In this document: positions 49,475 to 60,232 of the stretch, in pieces
Numbering within the stretch: the stretch's first letter is position 1
How the letters are laid out: each line of letters begins with the position of its first letter
From: an uncultured delta proteobacterium
GTDB lineage: Bacteria > Myxococcota > Kuafuiibacteriia > Kuafuiibacteriales > Kuafuiibacteriaceae
Assembly (NCBI GenBank): GCA_963803435.1
Contig: CAWDML010000007.1
Span: 384,001 to 448,000, forward strand
Length of the DNA stretch: 64,000 nt
Direction of reading: 5' to 3'
The notes under the pieces: model-generated
Told to the model about the DNA's origin: nothing
The model's input: the letters and a program-made list of their open reading frames with translations, nothing else
The model's database searches: none
Program-made: the position numbers and the translations under genes

Positions 49475-50881
49475 TCAGTCCGACGGCAGCGGCGACCAGT
49501 CGTCCAACGCGCGATAGGGTTCGAGCTTGTTCGCGCGTCGACGGTGCCGGATCTTCTTCGGTGGGTTGACCTCCCGCTCGGGCGCCGATGCAGCGACCTT
49601 CCTGTCGGCGACCACGGACGAGGTGACAGGCAGCGGCACCGGGGCGAGCTCGAGCGCGTTGGCCGCCACCGCCGGCGTTTCGTCGCCTTCATCATCCGGG
49701 CGAAGCCCGAGCACCACGGCGGCCGCCGCAGTGAGGAGGACTGCCAGCACGAGGAGCGGCAGCCGAACGCGAGGCTTCGGACCCGGCGTCGGCGCCGCCT
49801 CGTCGATCGCCTCGACGAACGAGAGCGTTCGGGGCAGGTGCGCGGGAAGAGCCTGCTCGGGGAGGGCGAGCGTCTCCTCGACGGTCGGCAGATCGTCCAC
49901 CTCGGGCTCGGTCATCCCTACCGGATCGACGGCGGCGCCATCCGAGAGGCGCTGGAGAAGGACGCGCTTCTCATGGATGCGATCGGCGAAGAGCGCCTGC
50001 ATCACCTCTTTCAGCACGCGGCTCGGGTCGCGATGCGAAATCATTCGACTGCACTCGAGCAGCGCCGACTGCATCTCGACGGCCGTCTCGAAGCGATCCT
50101 CGGGGCGCCGGGCGAGCGATCGCAGACAGACGCGCTCGAGCACCTCGGGATAGCCTCGAACCAGCTTCGTCGGTGGGACGATGGGGTCCTGGAGCAGCGC
50201 GAAGAGCGTCTGCGACTCGGTCTTCCGCCGAAACAGACGGCGCCGCGTCGTGAGCTCGTACAGAACGATCCCGAGCGAGAACAGGTCCGACCGAGCATCG
50301 AGCGCCGAACCCATCGCCTGCTCGGGGGACATGTATGCGCATTTGCCGCGAACGTGGCCTGGCTCGGTCAGGGCCCTGCGGTCCGCGTCGAGCGCGATCC
50401 CGAAGTCGATGATCTTGACGTTGCCGTCGTACGTGACGAACAGGTTGGCCGGACTGATGTCCCGATGGATCACGGGCCGCTCGTGAGCCGCAGCGAGCCC
50501 TGCGCAGGCCTCCGCGATGATGTGGACCGCACATTCGAAGTCGAGCCGCTCTTGGCGGGCGACGAGCCGGCGGAGCAGCCCGTCCAGGCTCTCCCCTTCG
50601 AGATACTCGAGGACCAGGAAGAGCTCTTCGTCCCACTCGGCGAGCTCGAACACCTGAACGATGTTGCGATGATTCAGCTGGGCAACAATCCGCGCCTCCT
50701 CGAGGAACATGGAGCGAAACCGCTCCTCGCGTGCGAGATGAGGAAGGATCCGCTTGATGACCACGGGACGCGCGAATCCGGCGGCACCGATGAGCCGGGC
50801 CAGCAGCACCTCCGCCATGCCCCCGGTGCCGATCAACCCGAGCACCTCATACCGGCCGAGCTGCTCGATCAGCGGTGTCAT
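49475..50881 (-). CDS. Ser/Thr protein kinase with TM segment
   Basis: GTGGMAEV, HRDISPAN, DFG, YMSPEQ. Confidence 0.92.
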   Translation of the reverse strand: MTPLIEQLGRYEVLGLIGTGGMAEVLLARLIGAAGFARPVVIKRILPHLAREERFRSMFLEEARIVAQLNHRNIVQVFELAEWDEELFLVLEYLEGESLDGLLRRLVARQERLDFECAVHIIAEACAGLAAAHERPVIHRDISPANLFVTYDGNVKIIDFGIALDADRRALTEPGHVRGKCAYMSPEQAMGSALDARSDLFSLGIVLYELTTRRRLFRRKTESQTLFALLQDPIVPPTKLVRGYPEVLERVCLRSLARRPEDRFETAVEMQSALLECSRMISHRDPSRVLKEVMQALFADRIHEKRVLLQRLSDGAAVDPVGMTEPEVDDLPTVEETLALPEQALPAHLPRTLSFVEAIDEAAPTPGPKPRVRLPLLVLAVLLTAAAAVVLGLRPDDEGDETPAVAANALELAPVPLPVTSSVVADRKVAASAPEREVNPPKKIRHRRRANKLEPYRALDDWSPLPSD

Positions 50882-50953
50882 CGAACCTGCGCCATTATAC
50901 TCGTGCCCAGACAGGACAGCAGTAGGCGCAGGTGATACCGTGCCTCCACGGCC

Positions 50954-51763
50954 ATGCAAGGGCTGACCGGACTTGCGCTGATGACGACACTCGCCCTCAT
51001 CGGCGCAAAACCCAACGACGACAAAGCGCAGGCTCGAGCGCTCGCGAGGAAAGGCGAAGCGAGCTACCGGGCCGGTCGGCTCGAAGAGGCGGCGCAGGCG
51101 CTCGAGCAGGCGTATGCGCTCGATCCCGCTCCGGTGCTGCTCTTGAACCTTGCCCGCGTGCTCGACAGCGCCGGTCAGCTCGACGCGGCGCTCGCGCGCT
51201 ATCGCGAATACCTCGAGCTCGCGCCGCAGCCCCGAGATCGACCGCTGATCGAGCGCCGCATCGAGACGATCGAACGGCTGGTGGCGGAGCGCGCCCCGCC
51301 TCCGCCCCCCGACGCGACAGCGACGCCGCCCCCACCGCCCGCGCCGGTCCCGTCTGCACCGCCGCCGTCACCACCGCCACCGATCGTCAAGGTCGAAGCT
51401 CCGGCGCCCGAGAGCGGTCCTTTGATCGCGCCCTGGGTGCTGGTCGGGGCGGGAGGAGCAGGGCTGGTCTCCGGCGTCGTGTTCGCCGTGCTCACCGCCG
51501 AGAAGCACCGCCAGGTCGACGAGGAGCCGGTGCAGTCGGAAGCGGCGAGGTTGGCCTCGACGGGCCGAACCTACGCCACCGTGCGTACTGTATCGTTCGC
51601 GGTCGGAGGATCGCTGCTGGCGGGTGGTCTTCTCTGGGCGTTCCTCGGAGGGCGTGGTGAGCCCGACGTCGCGCTCGCGGTCGGTCCCAAGAGCGTGACG
51701 CTCGCGTTCACTACGGATGCGTGGTGCGTCGCGACGACGGCGGACGCCCGTCACGGGAAGTAG
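50954..51763 (+). CDS. TPR-repeat protein with Pro-rich linker and hydrophobic C-terminus
   Basis: AYALDPAPVLLLNLAR..YLELAP; divergent from kinase, typical myxobacterial module. Confidence 0.82.
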   Translation: MQGLTGLALMTTLALIGAKPNDDKAQARALARKGEASYRAGRLEEAAQALEQAYALDPAPVLLLNLARVLDSAGQLDAALARYREYLELAPQPRDRPLIERRIETIERLVAERAPPPPPDATATPPPPPAPVPSAPPPSPPPPIVKVEAPAPESGPLIAPWVLVGAGGAGLVSGVVFAVLTAEKHRQVDEEPVQSEAARLASTGRTYATVRTVSFAVGGSLLAGGLLWAFLGGRGEPDVALAVGPKSVTLAFTTDAWCVATTADARHGK

Positions 51764-52680
51764 TCGATCCTCCGGCAGGCCTCATCGAGGATCGAGTGCA
51801 GCTTCCTCCGGATGGTCCCGCGCATTCGAGCCGGGGTCCGCGAGTGCGGCGTGTGAAGCCATGCGCGCTTGACCACGTTCTCGTCGAGTCCCCAGCGCGA
51901 CGCGACCTCGTACAGCTCGACGGCTCGGCGGGCGCGCGCCCGACCGTCGCGCCGCGTGAGGAAACGATCCGTCACCGTCCAGAGGATCGCGCCGTCGAAC
52001 TGGTTCATGAAGAGAAACTGAGCCGGCAACAGGGGATCGAAGGACGCTCGCCACGACGCCAGGAACGCCGGGTCGCCGATCGGTGAGAGGTCGACGAAGC
52101 ACGCTTGCCGGAAGCCGGTCGAGGTCTCGACGAGCTGACTGACGAGGTCGTGCTCATGCATCTCGGTCAGGACGATCGCCTCGCGAGCACCGTGATGGGC
52201 GACGATCTCACCGGCCGCGCCGACCGCGAGCGGCGTGTGGAGGACCATCCCGGGATCGCAGAGGTAGCGTCGCCGGTCCAGGTCGACGCTCAGCGCGACG
52301 TGATTGGGCCGGAACGATGCGTTCGGACGATCGTCACCCGCGCGGCCGAAGTGCAGCCGCGGCGCGAAGCCATAGAGGAGGAGCAGCTCTCGCAGCGCGT
52401 AGGTGAGCCCGTAGCAGGTGGCGCCACCGCCGAGCTCGAGGTGATCGCCGATCACCTGCTCGGGCAGGCGTGGGGTCGGCCCGCGCTCCACGATCGACAC
52501 CAGCTCGGTAGCGTTCTCGTACGGCAAGCCGGAGAAGCCGAGGACCACTCGGTGCAGGAGCGCCAGGTCGGCCTGGCCGCTGTCGATCGGCGGGAGTCGA
52601 TGACGCTTCAGGAAGGCGCTCCAGTACCAAGGGACCACGGTCTTCGGTGAAGGATCGGTGGCGATCGATGAGCTCGTCAT
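51751..52680 (-). CDS. Arylamine N-acetyltransferase family protein
   Basis: PYEN, GGATCY (Cys), NHVAL (His), LCDPG (Asp). Confidence 0.78.
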   Translation of the reverse strand: MTSSSIATDPSPKTVVPWYWSAFLKRHRLPPIDSGQADLALLHRVVLGFSGLPYENATELVSIVERGPTPRLPEQVIGDHLELGGGATCYGLTYALRELLLLYGFAPRLHFGRAGDDRPNASFRPNHVALSVDLDRRRYLCDPGMVLHTPLAVGAAGEIVAHHGAREAIVLTEMHEHDLVSQLVETSTGFRQACFVDLSPIGDPAFLASWRASFDPLLPAQFLFMNQFDGAILWTVTDRFLTRRDGRARARRAVELYEVASRWGLDENVVKRAWLHTPHSRTPARMRGTIRRKLHSILDEACRRIDYFP

Positions 52681-52800
52681 GGTCGACGCGTCGGTGCATG
52701 ACCGGATCCTCTGCGCCGACGTTGCGGGAACGCGGGCTCCGCCGGACGGCGCAGCGCCGAAGCGTCTCGTCTGTGGCTGCAGGGCGTACGGCAGATTCGA

Positions 52801-53955
52801 TCACTCCCGGCTGGTCGATGCGGACCGGACCGACTCGACGAGGCGCGACAGCTCGGCGATGGCCGAGGCGACCATCATCCCCGGGTCGACGTCGCGGCCG
52901 ATCGAGGTGATCCGAACGTCTCCCAGGCCGGCTCCGATCGCCCGGGCGATCTCGGGGAGGGCCCTCTCGATCATCACCAGCCGTAGCTGCTCCTCCGAGA
53001 TCCGCTGCTCGATGGTCTTTCTCTCGGCGAGCAAGGCCAGCTCGGACCGGCCCTCGTCCTGCTCGGCCTGGGCGCGGCGCGCGCGCTCCTCGAGCTCCGC
53101 CTGCAGCCGGAGGCGGGCCTGCTCGTGCTCGCGTTCGATCAGCGCGCGCTCCGCGGCGAGCTCGCGCATCCTTCGCTCGATCGCCTCCATCGTCGCCCGC
53201 TCCGCGAGCGCCGCCAGCTCGGCGTCCTTGATCGCCGAGAGCGCGCGGGTGGCCGCCTCGCCCTCGATCTCCGCCTCGCGCGAGCGGCGCGTGAGCTCGG
53301 CGCGATACACCGCCTGCATCTGCTCGAAGACGCGCTCCGACAGGACCTTGACGCTCTGGATCTCAATCGTGTCGATGACCACGCCCCATCCCTTGTCCGT
53401 GTGGTCGTCGGCTCGGCCCCGCCCTTCGACGATCGGGGCAATCTCCCTCATGAGCTCGGTCGCCAGCGTCTCCTTGCGCCGAGTCAGCGCCTCCTCGACG
53501 GCCAGGTTCGCGACCAGCCGCCGCGTCGCGCCGACGAACATCTCGGCCAGGATCTCGTCGAGCTTCTCTCCTGCCCGCTCGGCGTAGGAAAAGTTGAGCA
53601 TGCGGTACGCGACCAGCGGATCGACGATCCGATAGACCGCCAACCCGCTCACCTCGACGCCGATCTTCTCGCGGGTCACTTGATCGGCGGTGAACTGGAG
53701 GCGGTTGATCGTGGTCGGTACGATCGCCACGGAGTCCGAGGGCCACTTGAAGCAACTCGCGCCCTGGCCCGTGGTGCGATCGACGATCCGCCCCCGGCGC
53801 ACATGGATCAGAAACTCGGATGGCTTCGCGGTGATGAAGCCCCAGCGCTTCGTCTTCTCGGGATCTTCGAGCGGCCGATGCCTTCTCCAACCGGTCTCGT
53901 GGCGCTCCTTGGCGGGCAGCGCGGACTGGACGATCTTCTTCGGCGGTGCGGACAT
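52801..53955 (-). CDS. SPFH/flotillin-like protein
   Basis: Band-7 motifs (VTREKIGVEVSGLAVYRI, WGVVIDTIEIQ) plus E/A/R coiled coil. Confidence 0.82.
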   Translation of the reverse strand: MSAPPKKIVQSALPAKERHETGWRRHRPLEDPEKTKRWGFITAKPSEFLIHVRRGRIVDRTTGQGASCFKWPSDSVAIVPTTINRLQFTADQVTREKIGVEVSGLAVYRIVDPLVAYRMLNFSYAERAGEKLDEILAEMFVGATRRLVANLAVEEALTRRKETLATELMREIAPIVEGRGRADDHTDKGWGVVIDTIEIQSVKVLSERVFEQMQAVYRAELTRRSREAEIEGEAATRALSAIKDAELAALAERATMEAIERRMRELAAERALIEREHEQARLRLQAELEERARRAQAEQDEGRSELALLAERKTIEQRISEEQLRLVMIERALPEIARAIGAGLGDVRITSIGRDVDPGMMVASAIAELSRLVESVRSASTSRE

Positions 53956-54137
53956 GCGGGGGCGCTTCGCAGGGTCCATGCCAGCCGAAGCGCGCGAGGG
54001 CCCAGGGCGGCGCGCACCATTGCGGCGCACCAGGACGGTGCAGCGGTCCCCGAAACGCGCGGCGCGGAGCGGTATCCGGTGCGGAATCGCCCCCACGCGC
54101 CTGGGCACGAGTCCGCAGCGGAGGCGGCGTCGAAAGA

Positions 54138-54153
54138 GGGCACGCCGGTTGCA
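54138..54153 (+). promoter_or_regulatory. Sigma54 (-24/-12) promoter
   Basis: gGGCACG-ccgg-TTGCA versus consensus TGGCACG-N4-TTGCW; intergenic, upstream of kinase with GGAGG RBS. Confidence 0.65.
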
Positions 54154-54227
54154 CGGTCGCTGCCACGGTGGAGGCGAGAGTCGGCGTGCGACGAACCTGG
54201 CGGGACGTTTCGCTCGAAGGGAGGATC

Positions 54228-55154
54228 GTGTGCGGCCGGTACGTGATCGGACGGCTCATCGCCCGCGGCGGGATGGGAGAGGTGTACCGCGCGCGCGATC
54301 GGGTGCTGCGCCGCGACGTCGCGATCAAGGTCGTCCGCGGGCTTGCGGACTCCAACGCACGGGAGCGGTTCAACCGCGAGGCCTACCTGGCGGCGCGGAT
54401 CGATCATCCGAACGTGGTCCGGATCTTCGATCTGGGTGCGTGTGACGACGGCTGCCCCTTCCTGGTCATGGAGCTCCTCTGCGGCCGCGGTCTGACCGAG
54501 CTGCTGGCGGAGGGCCCACTCGCGATCGCCCGGGTGGTCAGGCTCCTCGAAGGTATCGCGGACGCGCTCGACGCCATTCACGACCGTGGCGTCGTGCACC
54601 GGGACATCAAGCTCGATAACCTCATGGTGATCGAGCAGGAGGGCGCCGCGGCGCGCACCAAGCTGCTGGACTTCGGGATCGCGGTGGCGCCAACGGATGA
54701 CGTCCCGCGGCTGACCGTCGAGGGGACCCTGGTGGGTACGCCGCTCTACGCAGCGCCGGAGGTGCTCCTGGGCGGGATTCCGACGCCGCGCTCCGACGTC
54801 TACTCGCTCGCCGCCACCGCCTACAAGCTGCTCACGGGCGTGGCGCCGTTCGAGCTCATGGTCCCCACGCAGATGATCCAGGCCAAGGTCTGCGGGCCGC
54901 CGCCCGCGCCGTCGACGTATCGCCGGACCTTGCCCCCCGCGATCGACGTGCTCTTCTCGCACGCCCTGTCGCTCGATCCCGCGGATCGACCCGAGCGCGC
55001 CTCCTCGCTGATCGCCCGGCTCAGAGAGGCCGGGAGGCCTGCTCCGCCGCGGGCGCCCAGACGGCGATGGCCGCTCTTTCTCACCGGCGGGGTGGCGGCG
55101 TTTCTGCTCGCTCTGGTCGTCGTGTTGATCGCCGGCGCACACGCGCGGTGGTGA
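54228..55154 (+). CDS. Ser/Thr protein kinase with C-terminal TM
   Basis: ARGGMGEV, VAIK, HRDIKLDN, DFG, YAAPE; start uncertain. Confidence 0.9.
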   Translation: MCGRYVIGRLIARGGMGEVYRARDRVLRRDVAIKVVRGLADSNARERFNREAYLAARIDHPNVVRIFDLGACDDGCPFLVMELLCGRGLTELLAEGPLAIARVVRLLEGIADALDAIHDRGVVHRDIKLDNLMVIEQEGAAARTKLLDFGIAVAPTDDVPRLTVEGTLVGTPLYAAPEVLLGGIPTPRSDVYSLAATAYKLLTGVAPFELMVPTQMIQAKVCGPPPAPSTYRRTLPPAIDVLFSHALSLDPADRPERASSLIARLREAGRPAPPRAPRRRWPLFLTGGVAAFLLALVVVLIAGAHARW

Positions 55155-55319
55155 AGAACACCCACCCGTGCGAAGTTTTCCGCACCCCGGGCTTCGTGGC
55201 GATCCGCCTCGGTCACAGCGCCGGTGGATCGTCGCCGCGCATCTTGCTTCGGCGACGGCCGCGGGGTGTGCCACATTGAGGGCCGCGCCGGTTGCGGTCG
55301 CCTGCGGAAAGCTGCGCAG

Positions 55320-57281
55320 ATGAACCAGGAAAAGAGCCAGCATACACGTGCGGTTCGAAATCGGCAGGCGGGTGTCGCCGCGATGGACTCACTTTCGAGA
55401 CCGAGGCTCCTCGACTTCCTGGGGCGCATCTCGCACGAGCTCCGGACACCGCTCAACAGCTTGCTGATCCTGTCCCGAAGGCTCGCGGAGAACGACGAGC
55501 GCACGCTCACGCCGGCTCAGGTCGAATACGCCCGCGCGATCCAACAGTCGGGGTCGGACATGATGGACCTGATCGACGAGATCCTCGATCTCGCGCGGGC
55601 CGGCTCCGAGACCCTCGCGATCGAGAAGTGCTGGGTCGAGATCTCCGATCTGGTCGGGCGCATCGCGGGGACGTTTCGCCAGGTCGCGGAGGAGAAAGGG
55701 CTGGAGCTCACCACACGCGTGGGCCCGGCCGTGCCTTCCGCGATCGAGACCGATCCGGCGCGCCTGCTGCAGGTGCTGCGGAACCTGATCGCGAACGCGA
55801 TCGCGTTCACAGACGCCGGCGAGGTATCGCTCACCATCGACCTGGAGGCGGGCGATCGCATCGTCTTCAACGTCCGAGATCAGGGCGTGGGCATCCCGAA
55901 GGACGAGCAACCCCACGTCTTCGACCCGTACCGCTCCCGCCGCCGGCGCGGGAGCCCCGAGGGCGCGGGCCTCGGCCTCTCGATCAGCAAGAGGCTGGTC
56001 GAGCTCCTCGGCGGCAGCTTGACGTTCGAGAGTGTGGTCGGGAGGGGAAGCGACTTCCGGCTCGAGGTCCCGCGGCGGCTCGGGGTGGAGACTCCCGTGC
56101 CGGCGCGCCGGATCCCGAGCGAGCCGAAGCGCCGAATCCTGCTCGTCATCCACGGCAACCCGCTCCTGTCCGAGCCCCTGGAGCGGGCAGCCCGGGCCAA
56201 TGACGTCGAGCTGGTCCTCGCCGGCTCCGGGGAGCGCGGTGTTCGAATGGCGCGGCGGCTCAGCCCCACGGCCATCATCGTCGACCTGGCGTTCCCCGCG
56301 CTCGACCGCTGGATCCTGCTCGACGTGCTCAAGCGCGATCCGTTCACCCGCCAGATTCCCGTGCTCGCGCTCTGCGGCGGCAAGGAGGCGCGGCGCGCCC
56401 GCCGGATGGGTGCGTTCGTCCACGCGCCCTCGCCGAGGTCGGACGACGAGGTGGCGCTGGCGGTGACCGCGGCCCTGCGGTTCTCGGCAGCTTCGCAGCG
56501 GACAGTGCTGGTGCTGGGTGAGCATTCGCTCGACTGGAACGGCCTCGAGATCGCGCGGGCCTCGAACGGCCGGGAGGCGCTTGCGGCCATCGCGGCCGAA
56601 CGGCCGGACTGCCTGGTCATGCCGCCGGCGCTGCCCGACATGAGCGCGACGGAGCTTCTGGATCGACTCCACCGAGCGGGCGCCTCCCGTCCGATCCCCT
56701 CGATCGTCTATGCCGCGGCGGATCCCGTCTACGACATGGGCGCGCTCGCGTCGCTGGCCGACATCGTGATCGAGGACGGCGAGCTGGCACCGAGCCTCCT
56801 CACCGAGGCGATCGCGCGGTTTCTCCACCTCCCCGATCACAGCCTCCCTCAGGATCGGCTGGCGCACCTGGGGCGCGTGCGAACCTGGGAGCCCGTGCTG
56901 CGGGGTCGGCGCGTGCTGATCGTGGACGACGACGTGTACACCATCTTCGCGCTGACCAGCGTGTTCGAGCGGCTCTCGATCGAGGTGAGCTTCTGCGAGA
57001 GCGGGCGCGAGGCAATGGAGCGCCTGGCGGTGGGGAGCTTCGACGCGCTGCTGGTGGACATCGTCATGCCGGACATGGACGGGCTGGATACGATCAAGAA
57101 GATCCGCAGGGATCCTACGCATGCCTCCCTGCCGATCCTCGCGGTCACAGCCAAGACGATGCCGGATGATCGTCAGGCCTGCCTCTCGGCCGGGGCGGAC
57201 GAGTACATTCCCAAGCCGGTCGACGTCGACTGGCTGCTGGCGCATCTGAGGAGCCGGCTCTCGGCGGCACAACATGTCTGA
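55320..57281 (+). CDS. Sensorless hybrid histidine kinase with three receiver-like domains
   Basis: SHELRTPLN, NLIANAI, GAGLGL; last receiver intact (IVDDD, DIVMP, KP). Confidence 0.88.
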   Translation: MNQEKSQHTRAVRNRQAGVAAMDSLSRPRLLDFLGRISHELRTPLNSLLILSRRLAENDERTLTPAQVEYARAIQQSGSDMMDLIDEILDLARAGSETLAIEKCWVEISDLVGRIAGTFRQVAEEKGLELTTRVGPAVPSAIETDPARLLQVLRNLIANAIAFTDAGEVSLTIDLEAGDRIVFNVRDQGVGIPKDEQPHVFDPYRSRRRRGSPEGAGLGLSISKRLVELLGGSLTFESVVGRGSDFRLEVPRRLGVETPVPARRIPSEPKRRILLVIHGNPLLSEPLERAARANDVELVLAGSGERGVRMARRLSPTAIIVDLAFPALDRWILLDVLKRDPFTRQIPVLALCGGKEARRARRMGAFVHAPSPRSDDEVALAVTAALRFSAASQRTVLVLGEHSLDWNGLEIARASNGREALAAIAAERPDCLVMPPALPDMSATELLDRLHRAGASRPIPSIVYAAADPVYDMGALASLADIVIEDGELAPSLLTEAIARFLHLPDHSLPQDRLAHLGRVRTWEPVLRGRRVLIVDDDVYTIFALTSVFERLSIEVSFCESGREAMERLAVGSFDALLVDIVMPDMDGLDTIKKIRRDPTHASLPILAVTAKTMPDDRQACLSAGADEYIPKPVDVDWLLAHLRSRLSAAQHV

Positions 57282-58410
57282 GGCGCCCAACATCCTGCTG
57301 GTCGACGACGACCCGCGGCACCTGATGGCGCTGGCGGTCGCGCTGGACGGCCTCGGCTGTCCGCTCACCAAGGCGACCTCTGGCCGCGAAGCGCTGCGGC
57401 GACTGCTGCACGAGCAGTTCGCGCTGATCCTGCTCGACCTCCGCATGCCCGACATGAGCGGGTTCGAGGTCGCTCAGCTGATGCGCAAGCACCCGCGCTG
57501 GGAGAGGACGCCGATCATCTTTCTGACGGCCTTCGACGGCGACGAGGAGACGGTGTTCGAGAGCTACGCGATCGGCGGCGTCGACTACATCGTCAAGCCC
57601 ATCGAGCCGCGCCTCCTGCGCGCCAAGGTGCAGGTGTTCGTGGAGCTGCATCGAAAGACCGAGCTGATCCGAGTGGAGACGGAGCGCCGGATCCGGGCGG
57701 AGTCGCTCGCCGAGGCGGCCGAGGAGCTGGCGCGATCCAACGCAGAGCTCGAGCAGTTCGCCTGCGTCGCCTCGCACGATCTCCAGGAGCCGCTGAGGAT
57801 GATCACGAGCTACGCGGGGCTCTTGACGCACGAGTACGGGGACGATCTCGACGCTCGCGGGCGGATGTATCTCGAGGTGGTCCGCGACGGCGCAGTGCGG
57901 ATGAAGGAGATGGTGGACGGTCTGCTCTACTATGCCCGGATCGGACATCACGGGCGGCCGTTCCAGGGTGTCGACTGCGCGGAGGTGGGGGCCGAGGTGG
58001 TGGCCACGATGAAAGTCGTGGTGGAGGAGACGCAGGCGAAGATCGTCGTGGACCCGCTCCCGGTGGTATTGGGCGATCGGATGGAGCTGGCGCGGGTGTT
58101 CCAGAACCTGCTCTCGAACGCGCTCAAGTTCAGGAGCGAGCGCACGCCCGAGGTGCGGATCTCGGCCGAGCGAACAGCCGACCGCTGGCGCTTCGCCGTC
58201 TCCGACAATGGCATCGGGATCGAGAGTCGGCAGTTCGAACGGATCTTCGCCGTGTTCCAGCGGCTGCATCCGATCGATCGCTACCATGGCACCGGTATCG
58301 GCCTGTCCGAGTGCAAGAAGATCGTCGAGCGCCACGGCGGCAAGATGTGGGTGGTGTCGGAGCCGGGACAGGGCTCCACGATCTTCTTCACCCTCGCAGG
58401 TGCGTCGTGA
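57274..58410 (+). CDS. Receiver-histidine kinase hybrid
   Basis: LVDDD, LDLRMP; ASHDLQEPLR, NLLSNALKF, GTGIGL. Confidence 0.92.
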   Translation: MSEAPNILLVDDDPRHLMALAVALDGLGCPLTKATSGREALRRLLHEQFALILLDLRMPDMSGFEVAQLMRKHPRWERTPIIFLTAFDGDEETVFESYAIGGVDYIVKPIEPRLLRAKVQVFVELHRKTELIRVETERRIRAESLAEAAEELARSNAELEQFACVASHDLQEPLRMITSYAGLLTHEYGDDLDARGRMYLEVVRDGAVRMKEMVDGLLYYARIGHHGRPFQGVDCAEVGAEVVATMKVVVEETQAKIVVDPLPVVLGDRMELARVFQNLLSNALKFRSERTPEVRISAERTADRWRFAVSDNGIGIESRQFERIFAVFQRLHPIDRYHGTGIGLSECKKIVERHGGKMWVVSEPGQGSTIFFTLAGAS

Positions 58411-59771
58411 GCGCGAACGTCCTCATCATCGACGATGAGGTCGCGATCCGCACGTTCCTGAGAGAGCGTCTGCTCGAGCTCGGATGCTCCGTGGTCGAGG
58501 CCGACACCGCCGCCGCCGCGCGGAGCGTCTGCAACGACACGATCGATCTGGTGCTCCTCGACCATCGGCTTCCGGACGCCGATGGCCTGACGCTCCTCGA
58601 CGAGCTCAAGAGCAGCGCGCCGGGCAGCCTGATCATCGTCATCACCGCCTACTCGAGCGTGCCGAGCGCTGTGAGCGCGATGAGGGACGGCGCGTTCCAC
58701 TACACCGAGAAGCCGCTGGACCTGGCGCAGCTGATGGGGCCCATCCGGCAGGCGCTCGAGCTGACGCTGCTCCGGCGCGAGGTCCGCGAGCTCCGTGCGC
58801 GGGAAGCGGAGCCCTACGCGCTCGAGGCGATGATCGGCGAGTCGGGCGTGATCCGCGGCGTGCGCGCGCTTCTCCGCAAGGTGGCGAGCACCGACTCGAC
58901 CACCGTGCTGCTCCTGGGCGAGACCGGCACCGGGAAGGATCTGGCCGCCAAGATCATCCACTACAACAGTCGCCGCGCGCTGGGACGGTTCGTCAACATC
59001 ACCTGCTCAGCCCTCCCTGAGAGCCTCCTCGAGAGCCAGCTCTTCGGCTACGACCAGGGCGCGTTCACCGACGCCAAGAGCGGAAAGGAAGGGCTCTTCG
59101 AGATCGCGAACGGCGGCACCGTCTTTCTGGACGAGATCGGAGAGATGACGCCCTCGCTCCAGGCCAAGCTGCTCCGTGTCCTCGAGGAACGATCCTTTCT
59201 CCGCGTCGGCGGCTCACATGACGTCACGGTCGACGTGCGCGTGTTGGCGGCCACGAACCGAAACCTCGAGCAGGAGGTGGCGCGCGGGCGCTTTCGCGAG
59301 GACCTCTACTACCGCCTGAAGGTCGTCGAGGTGGAGCTGCCTCCAGTTCGCGAGCGCGAGGCCGACGTCCGCCAGCTCCTCTTCTACTTCGCAGACGAGT
59401 TCGCGCGAGCGCTGGCACGCACCATTCGGGGCTATTCGGACGAGGCCCTCCGCGCGCTCGAGTCCTATTCGTGGCCGGGCAACGTCCGCGAGCTGCGGAA
59501 CGCGGTCGAGCGCGCGATCCTCCTCTCGGAGGCGGAGCTGCTGGTGCAGGAGGACTTCCCGATGCTACAGGCCAGCCGCCCGATCTCCACCCGCTTTCGC
59601 CTCCCTCTGGACGGGATCCGGCTCCAGGATCTGGAACGGAGCCTGGTGGAGCAGGCCCTGGAGCTGTCGTCAGGCAACCAAACGCAGGCGGCCAAGCTGC
59701 TCGGCGTCAGCCGCGACCAGCTCCGCTACCGGATGGCGAAGTTCGTCCTCGGGAGCCGCGAGCCCGAGTGA
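58407..59771 (+). CDS. NtrC-family sigma54-dependent response regulator
   Basis: Receiver; [28 protein letters not shown], Fis-type HTH. Confidence 0.93.
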   Translation: MSANVLIIDDEVAIRTFLRERLLELGCSVVEADTAAAARSVCNDTIDLVLLDHRLPDADGLTLLDELKSSAPGSLIIVITAYSSVPSAVSAMRDGAFHYTEKPLDLAQLMGPIRQALELTLLRREVRELRAREAEPYALEAMIGESGVIRGVRALLRKVASTDSTTVLLLGETGTGKDLAAKIIHYNSRRALGRFVNITCSALPESLLESQLFGYDQGAFTDAKSGKEGLFEIANGGTVFLDEIGEMTPSLQAKLLRVLEERSFLRVGGSHDVTVDVRVLAATNRNLEQEVARGRFREDLYYRLKVVEVELPPVREREADVRQLLFYFADEFARALARTIRGYSDEALRALESYSWPGNVRELRNAVERAILLSEAELLVQEDFPMLQASRPISTRFRLPLDGIRLQDLERSLVEQALELSSGNQTQAAKLLGVSRDQLRYRMAKFVLGSREPE

Positions 59772-59772
59772 G

Positions 59773-60219
59773 CTACCGTCGGTTCAATACCGCGACCATC
59801 TTGAAGCCCAAGCGCGTGAGCAACAGGTGCGCGAACGCGAGGAGGCCGATCCCGAGGACGACCACCACGACGATCCGGTACCCCATCTCGGAGCCGCTCA
59901 GGCCGTAATCGGCCAGCGCCTCGCGCCAGTCGTCGGCCGCGGTCGGGGTGAGCGCGATCGCGATGGCCAGGACGGGAACACCGACGACGAACGCCGTCGC
60001 CACCATGAACCCGGTCCCGACGAGCGCCTGGCGCCAGTTGTCGAAGTAGCTCTGCATCGAGCCAGCGACCGTTCGGTGCTTCAGGTAGCCGTGGACGAAC
60101 GCACCGGCGACGACGCCAACGCTGAAGCCGGGCCCCGGGCCGAACATCCACCAGAGCAGTGCCAGGCTCACCGTCTGAAGCGCGACCAGGAGCAGGTTCT
60201 CTTTCGCGATCTCCTTCAC
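59773..60219 (-). CDS. Hypothetical membrane protein
   Basis: 148 aa, about four hydrophobic segments. Confidence 0.6.
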   Translation of the reverse strand: MKEIAKENLLLVALQTVSLALLWWMFGPGPGFSVGVVAGAFVHGYLKHRTVAGSMQSYFDNWRQALVGTGFMVATAFVVGVPVLAIAIALTPTAADDWREALADYGLSGSEMGYRIVVVVVLGIGLLAFAHLLLTRLGFKMVAVLNRR

Positions 60220-60232
60220 GACCGAGACGCAC

